Of a stretch of 64,000 nucleotides of DNA, positions 28,201 to 43,200 are shown one piece after another. Each line of letters begins with the position of its first letter. The stretch's first letter is position 1. The DNA is from Nageia nagi. Lineage: Eukaryota > Plantae > Pinophyta. Position numbers and translations under genes: made by a program. Below the pieces are notes generated by a model. The model ran no database searches. It had not been told where the DNA came from and saw nothing but the letters and a program-made list of their open reading frames with translations. The stretch is from the NCBI GenBank assembly GCA_050084985.1, contig JBITNC010000001.1, positions 106,392,001-106,456,000 on the forward strand. Reading direction: 5' to 3'.

Positions 28201-31200
28201 TGCGCCCTGTTTACCATCAAAACAAGCTTGCTAACTTCCTCCCCATGTGCACACATTTTTTTTAATCAAAAACCATCCACTTCACAACAATTTCAGCCCA
28301 TTTGAACTCACAAAAAAGCAACGCCTATTTTCCAAACTAAAAATAACTCACATTGAAAAATTGCGAAATAAATGTCGCACTTGAATAATAAAAAACTTCA
28401 CTTAGGTACTCATTTTGTCAAACAATTCGAGTGCATCCTCCATGCTTCCACAATCTGCACCTAAAGACATTAAGCATTTACACCAAATGATCAAATGAGA
28501 ATTGGAGCTCACAACTGCATTGCAAGAGACTGAATTGATGTGACATTTTCTCAACCAATTCGAATTTCTTTCATGGTTGATCACAAAACTGAAAAATGAG
28601 AAGAGGCATTTCGCCAAACACTTCAATTGCCAAAACTGGAAAAAAAAGCTCCGAAGCCATTTTCTGAGAGCCATAATTTTTTGCTCCTAACTCGGATTGT
28701 GACGAAATTCGAAAATTAAGCTCACTATACTTTCAGCTACCTCCAGTACGAATTTCAAGATCTAACTCCTCACGAGCTGCACAAAAACATCCTGCAAAGT
28801 GGTCTCTGATGCAGATTTTAGAGACATTTCGTCAAACAGTTTGCGAACAAATAATGGTACAAGTTACTCACACTCATGGTTCAGGACCTTCCATCAAGGT
28901 GGTTCAAAAAGCAAAGTTGTTCATTTTGACGAGATAAAGGTGAATCACTCATCAAACTTTGAGATTTCTCACAACCAAAAATGGATTTTAACATTTTACC
29001 GTTGTTCCATAAAACTACCCAAAACTGGAAAAAGTGACAAACTTGCATTTTGTAGGTCACACCATTTCTTCCTCAATTCTCCTCTTGAGCTGAAATTTGG
29101 ACTACATGTTCTCGGTACTTCGATCTACCTTTGGTTAAATCTTCAGCTCTTATCTATTTCTGGATAGCTTGGAATTCTTCCTGTAAAAATCCAATTTGGA
29201 CTAAAATAACAATTGTCCCATAATGCACCAAATTGCCTGAATCTTTTAGACCAACTACAAACAAAACTTGCTCTGACTTGATCTTTCCTTTACATATCTT
29301 AACCATACCTTTGCCAACTATCTTAGCTCCATCATTGTTGCCAAACTTCATTGAACCACCTTCATATTGCTGCAATTTCTCGAATCTCTTTTTGTCACCT
29401 ATCATATGACTAGAACATCCACTATCGAGTACCCAAGGTGTGGGTTTATTTTGTGCCTTGAAAGTTGTTTGCACGATTAAGGACTTCTCATCTTCCTTCG
29501 GTTGTTCTTTCTCTTTCCAAACCTGTTTAACTTCAACTTTGGGTTTTTGTAATGGTTTTTTATTTTCAGTAGCTTTTCTGTTTTGTCTCATCGAGTCTGT
29601 CTGAAATCTTCTATCCTGAAATTGATATGGTGCAAAAGTACTTCTACAATTCCTTGCAATCTTAAACCAACAACCTCTTCCTCTAATTTGCTGCAATTTT
29701 TTACTTTCACGGTCAATTGTACTTCAAGATCTTCAGAGATCTTTTTGGATTCCTCTATCTGCACTTTCAAACAAGTTATGGTTTCATTTGCATCTTGGAG
29801 CTTTCTTGAGGTTTTCTTATGCCTTTCTCTTTCTACACTCAATTCATCCAAAGCTACTATCAATTCCTCTTCCAAATTGAGTTCCCCAACAATTTCTTCT
29901 TCATCACATTCTTGTTTTTCTTCTAGTTTTTCTTCTTCGAAAGCCATGAAAAGAGCTTCACCTATTTTTCTTTTGAATCCTCACTAGAGCTATCAACTGA
30001 TGAACTAACATTTTTGGAAATGAAGCTTTTCTTCTTGAAATTGCCTTTTCTGAAATTTGACCTTTTCTTCTAATCACCTATTTCTCTATGCGATCCTTCA
30101 TCATTTTTGTTCTTCTCATTGAATGGACACTTAGCTACAAAATACCCAACACTTCCACAGTTGAAACATTTAAACGGCAACTGTCCTTTGTATTTGTCTT
30201 TTTCCTTTTTCAATTTTCGAACAAAATTTGCTTTCATTTCATCTAATGTCTCTTCTTCCTCGGTTTTGTTTTTGTGTTTTTCAAGGCTTTAAAAGCAGCT
30301 TCCTTATTTGTAGATTTACCTTTTCCTATCCTCATTTCATAAGCAATTAAAGAGCCATGCAATTCATCCATAGTAAAGGTGTTCATGTCCTTAGCTTCTT
30401 CCATTGCAAAAACTTTAGAATTAAACCTATCAGGAAGAGATTTAATACCTTTTTGACGATTGATCAAATCTTCAATTTCCTCACCAAGTCCTCTGACAGC
30501 ATTGATGATTTCATTTACCCTCAACATGTACAATTCCATTGTTTCATCTTTATTCATTTTTAGTCCTTCAAATTGAGCTTAATGTGTTTGAAGTTTGGCT
30601 TCCTTGATCTTGTCATCTCCTTCGTAAACGTTTTTCAGCTTGTCCCAAATTTGCTTTGCCATCTTGCATGTCATAACCTTTACCAGTTCATTGTCTACTA
30701 ATCCACAAATGATAGCATTTTTGGCCTTGGAATCATTTTCAAAGAGTTTCTTTTCAGCAGCATCAATCAAAGGAGTAGTGGGTGGTGTGTACCCACTTTT
30801 TACTAAATGCTGCCTTCTGAGGGCACATGTGATTTTATTTCGCTTGTTTTCTTGCATCACACGATCCCCCACCTGTAAGTCATCTTTTGGCCTCCCATAA
30901 TATAATTTTCCTTGTTACTACGGAGACTGCATGCATGCTAATTACGCATGCTCTCGATTCTCAAATCTTGTGCCTCTTCTTTGATCTTGTGCCTCTCGAT
31001 CCTCCACATGTGATCCTCTCTTGACCCCTAATTTCAAAGTCCATTGTATTCAATGAATTTCATCATTTATAGGTATTAATTTGTTTTTTTCAAATAATAA
31101 AAAAATACAATTAGGCTTAAAGACTTGGCTTGGTGGTCAACCCATGCCCATGAAGAGGCAGTAACCAAGGTTCAAATCCCCCCCCATGTCTTGTAGAAAC

Positions 31201-34200
31201 AGAAGGCATGTCAGGCCAACATCGTCAACTACGCTAAAAGGTTTACATGATGCAACTAGTAGTTATAGTGACATCAATAGTAAGATTCATTAATCTGATT
31301 TTTTTAAATAATAAACAAATAAAAAGTAGGCCTAAGGGCCTGGCTTGGTGGTCAACCCATTACCATGAAGAGGCAATGAACCAGATTCAAATTCTTCAAG
31401 TCTTGTAGAACTGGATGCATGTCATGCCATCATCGTTGACTACATTAAAAAGTTTATATGCCTCAGCCGGCAGTCATAGTGGCAGCAAGAGCAAGATTCA
31501 AGGAGATGGAGAAGATTGTAACTAGTTACCATTCCCCCAATGTAAAAACAAAAAGATAGAAACTTATATTAAAATATCTTTATATCAAAAAATAGTAATA
31601 TTATTATTTTTATTATAAAATATTATTAATCCTAAAAAATTTTAATGCAATTTTTTATTATTAAGAATATCTTTTTTAAAATGAATTTAAATATATAATT
31701 TTAGTATTAAAAAATTATAGATATTAATTGAATTTTTTTAAATAATAAACAAATACAAAGTTTAATTAAAATATTTTTACAAAATACAATGTTAGTTTTA
31801 AAAAATTAAAGATATTAATTTTTTTTTTTTTTGATAACAAACAAATACAAATTTTAATTAAAATATTTTTATATAAAAACAATAATAATGTATCCAATTT
31901 TATCCCAGATTTTATTTTGAACTCCTAATCATGTCAAATTTCTTTTATAAATACTAATTTTTATTATGTGAAATTATATTTTTTATGGATATTCATATAA
32001 CAGTAACCATGAATATCTATCATTTTATAATATTTTAGAATGTATCTACTAAAATTTTAACAAGTATGTACTATGCTGAATTTAATGCCAATTTTTTTCC
32101 AAACTTCAAAGCCGCTGAATTTCTTTCAAACTTCAAACTTGTCAAACACAAATGTAGTAATACAGATTCTAGCCCTTACTGTACTAAAGCTTTTATCAAA
32201 ATGAACTATTCATTTCACAGTTGTCGAAGGATGCTTTAATTTGTGCAGTATGGATTATTAAATAAGCAAAAATTCAATGGATCAGAACTTTGTTGTACTC
32301 AAGATAGACAAGTACTTTTTATTCTAACTCAGACCATTGCTTTCTCGTCATTTGGACCTCCTGTTCCGGCTGGCATCTGGATTTAATCCCACAGAGAAAA
32401 TAGCTTTAACTACAACAGTTTGAATACAACTAATTCCTCCTTGCTTTAAACTTTGGATGGAAGAACTTTTTCCACTGATGAATATCTCAGTGAATATCAC
32501 AATTGTCTGAATTTTGAAGCTCTTAAATTGTTTGTGGAAGCAGAAGTAAACTACAAAGATATACAGTTTGCTGCAGTATTTGACATAAGCAAATCCAATT
32601 TTGTAGGATTTGTTTTCACTCAATTGTCAAAAGTATAGAACATATTCAAACGTTTCTTTGCAGAATAAACGGACGACACACAGTGTTCCAAACCGATGAA
32701 ACCTGATCACACACTACATGGTGTTCCAAGTCAATGAAACCTCTTGCCCCTCAAATTGTAACTAGGATATAGCAGTATGAACACAACTATCATTCTGCCA
32801 AGTCACTTCTTCCTGAAGCTCCACCTCAAGCAAACAAAACTGTCACTGAGGATTCCTTTCTCAGCCTTCTAAAATCCATATAAGAGACAACCATATTGCT
32901 ACTCAATGAAGAGATAGCAGTTAATCATACTAAGAGAAAGATACTAGTAAGAATTCCCACAAATACTATAGCAGGTCCTTCATGGTCCAAAGCTTTTGCA
33001 ATGCTATATTATAATATAACCTAGTCATCTATAGATTGAAAAATAAAGAAACGTTTGTTCAGCCAAAACTATGTTCTATGTGATACACTATTCCAATTCT
33101 GTTTCTTAATTGGACCTTTCATATCCAAGTAATTTTAGGTTGATTATGATCCTAATACAGTATCTGAATGTAGTTTGTATGCTGATAATTTTGGTTTAAT
33201 TTCCTCGTTCATATTTCTAGATTGTAATCACAACCTAGAGCATGCATTTTAAATTTTTATGTAATAGATAAGATCTACCTCTGTAATAAAAGCATGAAAT
33301 AGAGTATTGATTAATAGAGTATTGATTGGAAGCAAAGTAGTTTGGCTAATTCCGTGTTCAAAGCTAGTTATATTATCCAAAAAGAACATATCTAAATTAA
33401 TAGCATCAGGAATATAGCTTGACAAAACTTACAGGGAAGCACCGCATCATGTATAAGAGAGGAGTAGAAGACAGGTCAAGCCCATCAACATGATGCTGAC
33501 TAAATACTGCCATACGAACCTGCACTCAATGAATTACAATGCTCACTTAATAAACGCTTTTAGATATGCCTGAAAATAAGTTAGCAGAAAGAATTGCCAA
33601 AAAGGAGCCTATAGCAGTACAGGAGAAAGGAAAGCTCTTTTTCACACAATAATTTTTTTGAGCTCATTTCGTAACTCCACAACCAGAAATTGTGATGGAA
33701 CATTAGAATTTAGATAACAATCACTGTCAATTTCATTACAATTATCTTTTGTGTTGCTGAAAGACTGCATCATATATTTGGCATACTAGTTTGTACCACT
33801 AGATAGTCGCAATAAGACCTTTTCCATGAAAGAAAACAAATTCAAGTATTTTCCCTGAAATAATTACTGATATGTGAGATCGAAGCTGATATGCAGAGCA
33901 TATTGATGATAAGATGGTAAGTCTACACATTGGTAGACATTTTCAACAACAAAAGATATTTCAACCTCTTCACAAGAAAAAATTTAATGTTTCGCTATAA
34001 AAGGCAAGTCACAAGCTTCGTTGCAATTTTATTATTACTGAAAGAATGTATCATCTGTTTGGCATACTAGTTTGCACCACCACTACATGATCACACAGAC
34101 ATTTTTTATGAAATTCTTTCCCTCCAATAATTACTGATAAGTGATATGTGAGATAGAATCTTTTATGCATAAGGTATTGATGAGAAGATAGCAAGCTTAA

Positions 34201-37200
34201 ACACTAGTACGCATTTTCTATGCATTTTCAACAACAGAAGACATTTCAACCTCTCTCACAATACAAATTTTAATGTTCTAACTTTTTCTATAAAAGCTAT
34301 TCCAGAAATTTGATTTTATTGTCAAGATTTGAGCACTAATTTACATCTTCACACACTGAAGATCACATGCTAATAGTTTGAACAATGATTTACGTGTAAA
34401 AATAGAGTAGTTCCATCAACCCACCAAGTTGAGTCATAAAAGTATCAACGTCAACCTAAACATATTTAAGTTGAAAAAATATAAATCGTTGCACAGAAAT
34501 TGTATAAACAAGAACATAAACGTACCTTGGCTGAACGGAATATTGTACCAGAGCTTGGCTGCAAATCCCCTGAAATTAGTTTCAGCAAGGTTGATTTCCC
34601 AATGCCATTTGGACCAACCACTGAAAACATCATCCACAAAATTCCAAGTTTAAAAACAAAAAATAGCATAAACATGCATAAGAGAAAAATAATTTAAGTA
34701 CAATTGCTTCAATGAGAAAACAAAAGGAAAAGCGAAAAACAAACTAAGTAGACCTAGCATGATGAAAAATAATTTATTTTCACAAATAGTTGGGCCCCAC
34801 TACTAGTGTCAAGTTCCGAAAACTGAAAAGGTGTAAAAAGCTCTAGAAACCTTTACTGCAAAAAGGATATTGAGTGAGATGTCAGTAAAAATTATATAAA
34901 ACAAAAACAACAGTAGGCACACATGCCTTCTCAGAAATGTCTTACAAAGCTTGGATTTACTTTTGAGGTTCCTCAAATGCAAACAACAATAATATGATGC
35001 CCAAAATAGTGGGAACTTTAAACAGCATAACACATTGCCAAACAGAGATTCGATGACTATGACAGAGGAGCCAAACCGAGGAATAAATGAAGCTATTTTG
35101 AAAACAAAAGCAGGAGAATACAATTGCCAAAAGAAAAACAGCAAAACTGGACTTGATACAACAGTCATAGGACAAATAATTCAAACTACAGTGAATTTTG
35201 TGCTCATCCTGCGTAAATCAACTGGCAGTTATGTTACCAAGATCTGTCTAAGATGCATCTTTCCCGCATTGATTATGTGAATTCATTGGATATGCCACTA
35301 TCAAGAACTCAAGATACATGAAAGACACATATCCATGATTAACAACCATGTAATGTTGAAACTTGAAAGACAAAAAGGATAGAATCCCACAAGTCTAAGC
35401 AAAATCTCAACGTTACTTGAAAGCAGAAGAAGCAACAAAAGAAAGTCAAAATAAAAATAAATCCAAAAACATAACTTCTTTTTTGACTTTTCAGGCTGGT
35501 CTACGCTTTTGGGTTTGAAAAATGTGAAGTACTACACAACAAATTCAAAGGGAGTGGAAATTCCTTTTCAAATGTAATATATCTGGTCTCCTGTTGCTTT
35601 GGTTCTCAGTTACTCATATTAGTGGAAAGCTTTTAACTTCAGTTATATTTCCAAAGTAATCAAGATATATTGAATTCTCCATATTTTAGGCTATTGTTTC
35701 TGCGCTATACATAATCTGTATCCATGCAACTTAGCTTGAAGGTCTGATAATGGAAACAGAAAGAAACCGGTAATGGTACACTTGTTCTAAAGATGAAGCA
35801 CATAGACACATCCAAGTCCATATCCATATTTAAGAATGAATGGGACAACTGCTCAAGCAGAGTAACAAGAATAGAGTTGTATTCTAAATTTAAACTCGTA
35901 TAAGGACTAAAACAATTGAATACATAATAAGATACAGTTCCACTTGATGCATCACCTAAGCAAGACAAAAGAAATTAATTAAGTCTAAGTATTCCATGCC
36001 ATTCTGCATTAGAGTTATTTTGTTTCCTTTTTTTAATTTATATCACTTCTTAGTAGAAGTAAAGAGAGAAACTACAATTTAGAGCATCTTACTTGCAAGT
36101 CGACTGTCAAGATCTATACCGAAATTAAGATTTTTGAACAAAAGTGGTCCCCCTGGATAGCCAAATGAAGCATCACTACATCCACAGAAAGAATCATATA
36201 GCAAGACAACTTGATCAAAGATTGCTCCAATAATTCACAAACCAAGAGTAACATATCTCCAAAAGCAAATCTAAGTTCTAAGCAGCTGAATAAGTTGAAT
36301 CTTATCCTAATTCTAGTTTTTCATCTTGAGGTATTCCCCTAGGTCAAGGGCTTTCCACTTTTATATGATAACATTTAGTACTATTATTGACTCAGTTGGC
36401 AAATAACAACAGATGAAATCATAAAAGTAAATAAGATGAAAAATTTTGAAAAAATGAACTTAAAAAGTCTATTCTTAGCAATGAAGGATAAACACAGAAA
36501 TATTCCCATCAAACATGACACTACAGACCTAAAGAAGATACTTTATCAGTACAGAATTAGGTAACCAATACTATTGTCCCCTCGAATGTTTTCAAGCACC
36601 GACATAACGAAGGTCACCAATGGACCACTAAGGAAGATATCTTGTTTTCATCAATATACATATTGTCCATGCATTACATATTTGATCTATAGATTTTTCT
36701 ATCTATATGAATGGGTTTTCTGAGTGTTGCACATATGGTTTTTGCCTATTTTCCTTACTCTACATTAACGATATGGAGAACAATCATTGACGGGAATCAT
36801 TTCAAAGGTTCAACCAGTGGCATAAAATATGCCTGAAAATGAAGTTACTTTGATTTTAAAAAAAAAACAGATTTTTAATTTAAGAACCAAGAAACAACTT
36901 GAGGGAGTAGAGGTAGCCTTCTACCAGTTGTGCGATAAGACTACTAAATTGCTAATACAGTAATACTTATGTAGGACAAAACATGACAGACGAATGACAG
37001 AACAATGAAAGAAAACAATCACAAAGACTTCATTGATTAACCTGAAACTGATGATTGGAGCACTTGGTCTATCTTCAGGAGTTGGAAACTCAAATTTGTA
37101 GCTGCAAATAGTTTTTTCATAAAGTAAGAATGGTAAAATTACAATCTGACAGATAAAAACAGAATCTAAGAAACATAGCATAAAGGATATCTATGTATCA

Positions 37201-40200
37201 AAACATACTCTGGATCATTGACTACAGCATCTACATGGCCAACACGCTCCAATGCCTGAAACCTCAAATAGAAGTGATCTCAAAACTCATTTCATTATCA
37301 CTATAAGTTTTGATTGTATACTAAACTAGAGCAGATTTACACAAGCGGAAGCAGGTAGACCAAAAAATGTCAAAAGACTGCTGATCCCTTTAAAACATCA
37401 TTTATAATACCTTGAGTCTTGATTGAACAAGTGATGCTCTTTTGGCATTGTAACGAAACTTGTCAATGAAAGCCTGAAAAGGTAAACATCAATAACTGGT
37501 ATCTTTTTCTGGCACTTCCATGACAAAAAACATTATCTTATGGGGAAAGGGTTGTAGCTTCAGCTTTCAAATAATACAAAAGTGAAAAAGCAACCTGCAT
37601 GTGAGCCCTTGTACGCTCATTTGATTCAAATGCTTTTTGTTGATTCCGTAGACGCTCATCTCGAGTTCTCTCAAATGTATCATAGTCACCCTTGTAAGAT
37701 GTCACCTTTTGTGCATGTAAGAACAAAATATCTGTTACCACCTGAAGCAAACAATAAGATAAAACTGTCAGCTATGAGAAGGAAAACATGAAAATAAAAG
37801 AACAATATATCATAAACAAACGTTTTCTATTCACAAGGATTTTACTTGATTAAAAGTAAATATAATGCATTTAGAGTTTCGGAAGTTATAAATACCGTGT
37901 TCAGAAATTCTCTAGCATGTGAGACAACGATAAATGTTTTTGGCCATTTTAAAAGATATGATTCCAGCCATAATACTGCATGAAGATCGAGGTGATTCTG
38001 CATAATGATTTCATAGTGTCAGGATCTAAGAAAATTCTCAACCTTCACTAATAGATCTTACAATCCCGAACAATAATCAACATTGCTTCATAGTTATTGA
38101 GATTTCTCAGCAAGCATTATAAGCAATTACAGTGGGTTCGTCAAGTAAAAGCAAATCAGGCTCTATAAAAAGAGCACGCGCAAGTGCTATCCTCATTCGC
38201 CACCCTCCAGAGAATGACTTTGTTGGCATCTTTTGCATTTCTTGGGTGAAACTCAGTCCCTACATAATTAAAAAAAATTAAATGCGAACATTAATAAGAA
38301 GGTTTGATTAGTATAAGAAGCTAGATTCATTTATATAAATATTAAATCATGCAAATCAAAGATATAGTTTTCTTTTCTATACCATTGCCAGATGAAAATT
38401 AGCATCAACCAACCACCACCTGATTCATTAGAACCTCATGGCTATAATAGATTATTGCACTGAGCCATGGTTTTAACTCATGCAAAACTAAGATGAGGAG
38501 GAATATCACAAATCATCAGCAAGCAACATGCTAAGAGTAGATGATAAAGTTATCAACTGTAGGAACATGAATGAATAGACCGTCCAACTTTCTAATGTAA
38601 TTAAATAGCTTCTTCTATATATGCAATGGTGCATGCTTACTGTAGGAGTGCTATCATAATTGCAACAGACATGCCTAACAAAAAATTTAAAAAACTTTGT
38701 TATTTATTTTATTCATTACTCATTGATGTATTGCTAACTAAATTACATTTTATGCCCAAGTCCTGATGTTCCTTGTTTGTGTTCAAGTCCTATGTCCAGT
38801 GCAATTTACAAGTTTCCCCATGATCAGGGCAAACATCTAGTGTTGTTGGTAAGAAAAATGAATAAAAATCAAGGAAAACATATGCAGAGGTGAATATTGG
38901 AACCATAATTTCAGTTTAAGTACCTAGCCACAAATCTTATGAAGCCTGTTTAGTGCATAAAGCCATTGAATGGACTACATGATTGTTGATTGCTCTTAGA
39001 GCACATAACAAGGACGGAGTATTTGCATAGTATAAAGTTGAGCAGAGTTTAAGCCTGTCAAATTGTATTTAAGAATATTTATCATAGCTTGCAAGCGACT
39101 CATAAATTTTGCAACAACAAAAGATAGAAATGCTGCTTGATGAGATCAAAGCCTGCGAACAGCACTCCACATGATGCTTTTTTGTGAAGAAGTTGCCATT
39201 ATGATCATTTTCTGTAAAAGTGGCTATTATCTTATCAGAAACAGATGTATGGATAAAAAGCAATTGTCTGCTGCCATTTGGTCCATAGCAAGAAGTCAAG
39301 ACATTGTGCAAATAACACGCATGTGAACTTCTACATTAAATCATTTCTAGAACTACTAATTTTGCAAGTTGGCAACAACGTTGAAGATCCATGATAGTAG
39401 CAATATTTGTATAGAAGGGAGGTCTGATCCTAAGAACATGGGCCCATCTTAGGGTATAAGAGGTCTTCTCTTAAACCTTCATCACCTTGGTCACCAACCA
39501 TGTCAATGCAATTCAGATGTTACAATAAAAAAATCTACTTAGGAAACAAAAAGTTATTGAAATGATCAGGCATTCTAGGTATATCATTTTGATCTCCAGC
39601 ATCCTACATTTTGAACTTCAGACTAAGTTGACAAAATACATATATAGTAGAAAGAGACAACAGAATCCCCTTCCAGAAAACATGTCTAACTCTGATGAAA
39701 GTCAAAACCTTAGAGGTAATCGTAGAATCACAAGGAGTGTTTCAAAAAAGCCTGATGTTGGACAAAGACATGTTGGAAGACCAAGTGAGGGAGAGATCAG
39801 AGAAAAAGAAACTGCTAGAGAGGTTGCTGATGGTAAACAACAAACAATAGATGGCTTCGGGAGAGGTTTACTTTTGAAGCAAGGAAAGAAACGAGGTTCC
39901 TGTAGAAGAGCTTAGATTGCAACGCTACAGCTGTGGTAGCTGAATTATTTTGGAATAGCTTATGTATAGAATTGGGTCCAAGTTGTGGATTCTATGTAGG
40001 GTATTAAATGTACATCCTGTTCTATACAAAATAAACAGTGGCAGGACGTTGCCGATAATGTTACAAATATGTTTTTACAGGTTTTGGGTACCTGTATAAA
40101 AAAACCCTCAAGTTACCAAATGGCCTTGTTTTGGTCCCGACCAAAAAAAAAAACATATATAGTACCTCCGACATCTGGAAAAAATCACAAATATAAAATA

Positions 40201-43200
40201 ACACTACTACAACTAACAATGGAATATTCTAGAACTTACTGCAAGAATAGAAGCTGCACGAGCCTCAGCAGAGTCAGCATCAATATATTCAAGCCTTTTA
40301 TATATCTGTGCAAGCCTCTCAGACACAGGATCCTTATCCTCATTAACTCCTTTATCCTTCTCCACTTCTTTCTGAGTTATAATAAAGCATGTTAGTATCT
40401 TCTAATAAAGAGATGTATAAAACAAACTATACTATTTTGCTTGATAGATAAAACTTCTAACTTCCATAAAAAGCAATTACAAAACAGTCATTAACAACAA
40501 ATAAAATGTCATTTGTAAGACAAGCCACAGCATACCTGTTGTGCAACCAATCTAGCTTCTTCCTCCAAGAGTTGTGTTCTTTCTATATCAGTATTTAGCA
40601 CACACTGAAGAGCTGTAGTATTATCACCAACTACCTCTTGCTCCACATGTAAAATTTGCAAGTTCTTGGGGATACCATCAATTGCATGCATAGCCATATG
40701 TCTAAGCAAGGTTGTCTTTCCAGTGCCGTTTCTTCCAATAAGACCTGAAAAGGCAGGAATTAGTAAAGGAAACACTGCTTCAGATTAATAAAAAAGCGCA
40801 GCTGAGAGTTCCCTTTTCAAAAGAAGAAATTCGAGAAAATCAAGCCAAATAAAAGAGAAAAGAAAATATAATCAGAAACAGAATGATAAGACCCGTAATT
40901 ACTTCCATTTGCAATTAAAAATGAAAAGGAACAAGGAGAAACTGGTCTGCAGTTAGCACAGCAAGGCCACATCCATGTAACACTTGGATGGGTTAAACAA
41001 TATTCAAAACATTATAAATTAAAAAAAGCTGTCTCAATTTCAGATTCCATCTGGCTGCTTGCAAGACAAACAAGAATAACTACCAAACTTGTGGACTAAC
41101 GAATAGAAGATAATGAGAACGTGTTACCAGTTCCAAAGCATCACATATATAGGTAAAGAATTAAAAAAATAACAGTTAAAAAAGTCAGCATGTCTTTATT
41201 AAATAGACAATGCAATCAAAATCAATCAATCAGACTCGAACATTAAACACTTTGATTAGACGGAGAAAAAATGAAAAGCCCTCTTATGGCAGGCACAGCT
41301 TGTAATCATTATACCTTATTCTATTGTGAACAAAAACAATATCAGGTAACCATAACAACAGAAGGGAGGCCCTATAGATGATGGGTGATACTGTACCCTG
41401 ATATTGTAATGAGGAAAAAGGTTATGCAGTATAGAAATTAATTAGTATGCTATATAAATAAATCAGTGGATACAAAAGGTGGTGGTAAGACTTCAGAAGG
41501 GAGGCCCTATAGATGATGGGTGATACTGTACCCTGATATTGTAATGAGGAAAAAGGTTATGCAGTATAGAAATTAATTAGTATGCTATATAAATAAATCA
41601 GTGGATACAAAAGGTGGTGGTAAGACTTCAGACATTAGAAAGTGATTTTGGGAATCTAAGAATGAAGAAGAATGAAAATGTCCAAGACTCTTTTACTAGA
41701 TCCAAGTTATCATCGAGTATACTCACTCTCACCAAGAAGAATATATTGAGAACAAAATAGTGTAGAAGATCTTGAAATCTCCCTTCCAAATTTGATGAGT
41801 GGTAATAGACATTAAAGAAAGTAAGTATTTAACCAGATTGCTTTTTATTGAGTTGTTAGGTTCATTGCAATCATTTGAAGATCAAATGAAAAGGCCAAAG
41901 TAGGCCCTAAAGAAAGCATTGCAGTCAACAATTAAGACCGAGGAATAAACAGCCTTCTCAATCATAAAAAATAAGAGATACTTACACCTGCAATGTAAGA
42001 AGAGGCTCTTTTGATCAGAGGAACATCCAATGTAGGTGAATGTGAGCCATACGACACTATGAATGATACCTCCATCTTTTCCGTTTGTGATATGGTGAAG
42101 GAATGTTATAAGAATATTTGGAAGTTAGGTATTAGGTATCTTTTTGTTGAATGTGATACTAGCAAGGAGCTAGATGTGATGGGAAACAGGATTATTGCAG
42201 TACAAACACAGCAAGGAAAGATGGAATATATCCATGATACTATGTTCTAATTTCTAGGATCAAACAAACCTTTTGAGTATTAGCCAACTTATTTCAATAA
42301 GGATAATTTTGGAGATAAACATTGTATGAGTTTTGAAAAGACAAACAACTTTCATCTTGTTGCACATGTTCCTATAATGGTGAACCACATGCTGTTGAAA
42401 CTGCCTCCAGGTATATCTATATAATTGAAGATTCATTGGTGTGGGATAAGAGGTTCACAAAATTTTCAAATGTATGAACTTGCCCCAAAGAAATCATGTG
42501 ATGGGAAAACCAAAACGCAACCCTAGCTGATTTTTCGCAAAGGATTATCGACAACTAGAATTGTGAAATTCTGCACAAATATTATTTAAATTGCAAACTT
42601 TGAATATCTTTATATGGCCAAATCTCAGAAATCATGTGATGGGAAAACCAAAACGCAACCCTAGCTGATTTTTCGCAAAGGATTATCGACAACTAGAATT
42701 GTGAAATTCTACACAAATATTATTTAAATTGCAAACTTTGAATATCTTTATATGGCCAAATCTCTCTCACCAATTATCAATTCCAAGTAGAGAATCAGGC
42801 CTACGCTTATGCATGACCTCCTCTTCAATTCAACCAGATAGGTTTGGTAACCGATTCTTTGATGCATGAAATCACACAATCTTATCTACGCCATTGGAGA
42901 AGCCCTAACCTTCAATTCAACTATAATAGAAATTCCTTACAGCTTTGATACTATGATAAAAGGTGTAGGGGTTTCAAAAAATTGAACACCTCAAGCATTC
43001 CATACAAAGCAAGTATTAAAGCAAATAAAAATACTTCAACGAAACAGTAAACTGAATGAAGAGTTGATGATTTTTCACGTTCAATGACTTTGAAGATTGG
43101 AAGGCAATATTACAAACTTTTACAAAACGTATATTAAGTTTCAAATGAATGAGAATGAGTACATTATCCAAGGCTATAAACCTGGGTCATGCAAATGGGG

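Noticed and set aside
31113-31200. tRNA genes here and at 63025-63095
   Set aside because: A/B boxes are present but there is no convincing cloverleaf; long unrelated bodies and A tails indicate SINEs.
34809-35280. Overlapping 75-119-aa ORFs in an ABCF3 intron
   Set aside because: Low-complexity intronic frames with no recognisable motifs; the ABCF3 protein is complete without them.
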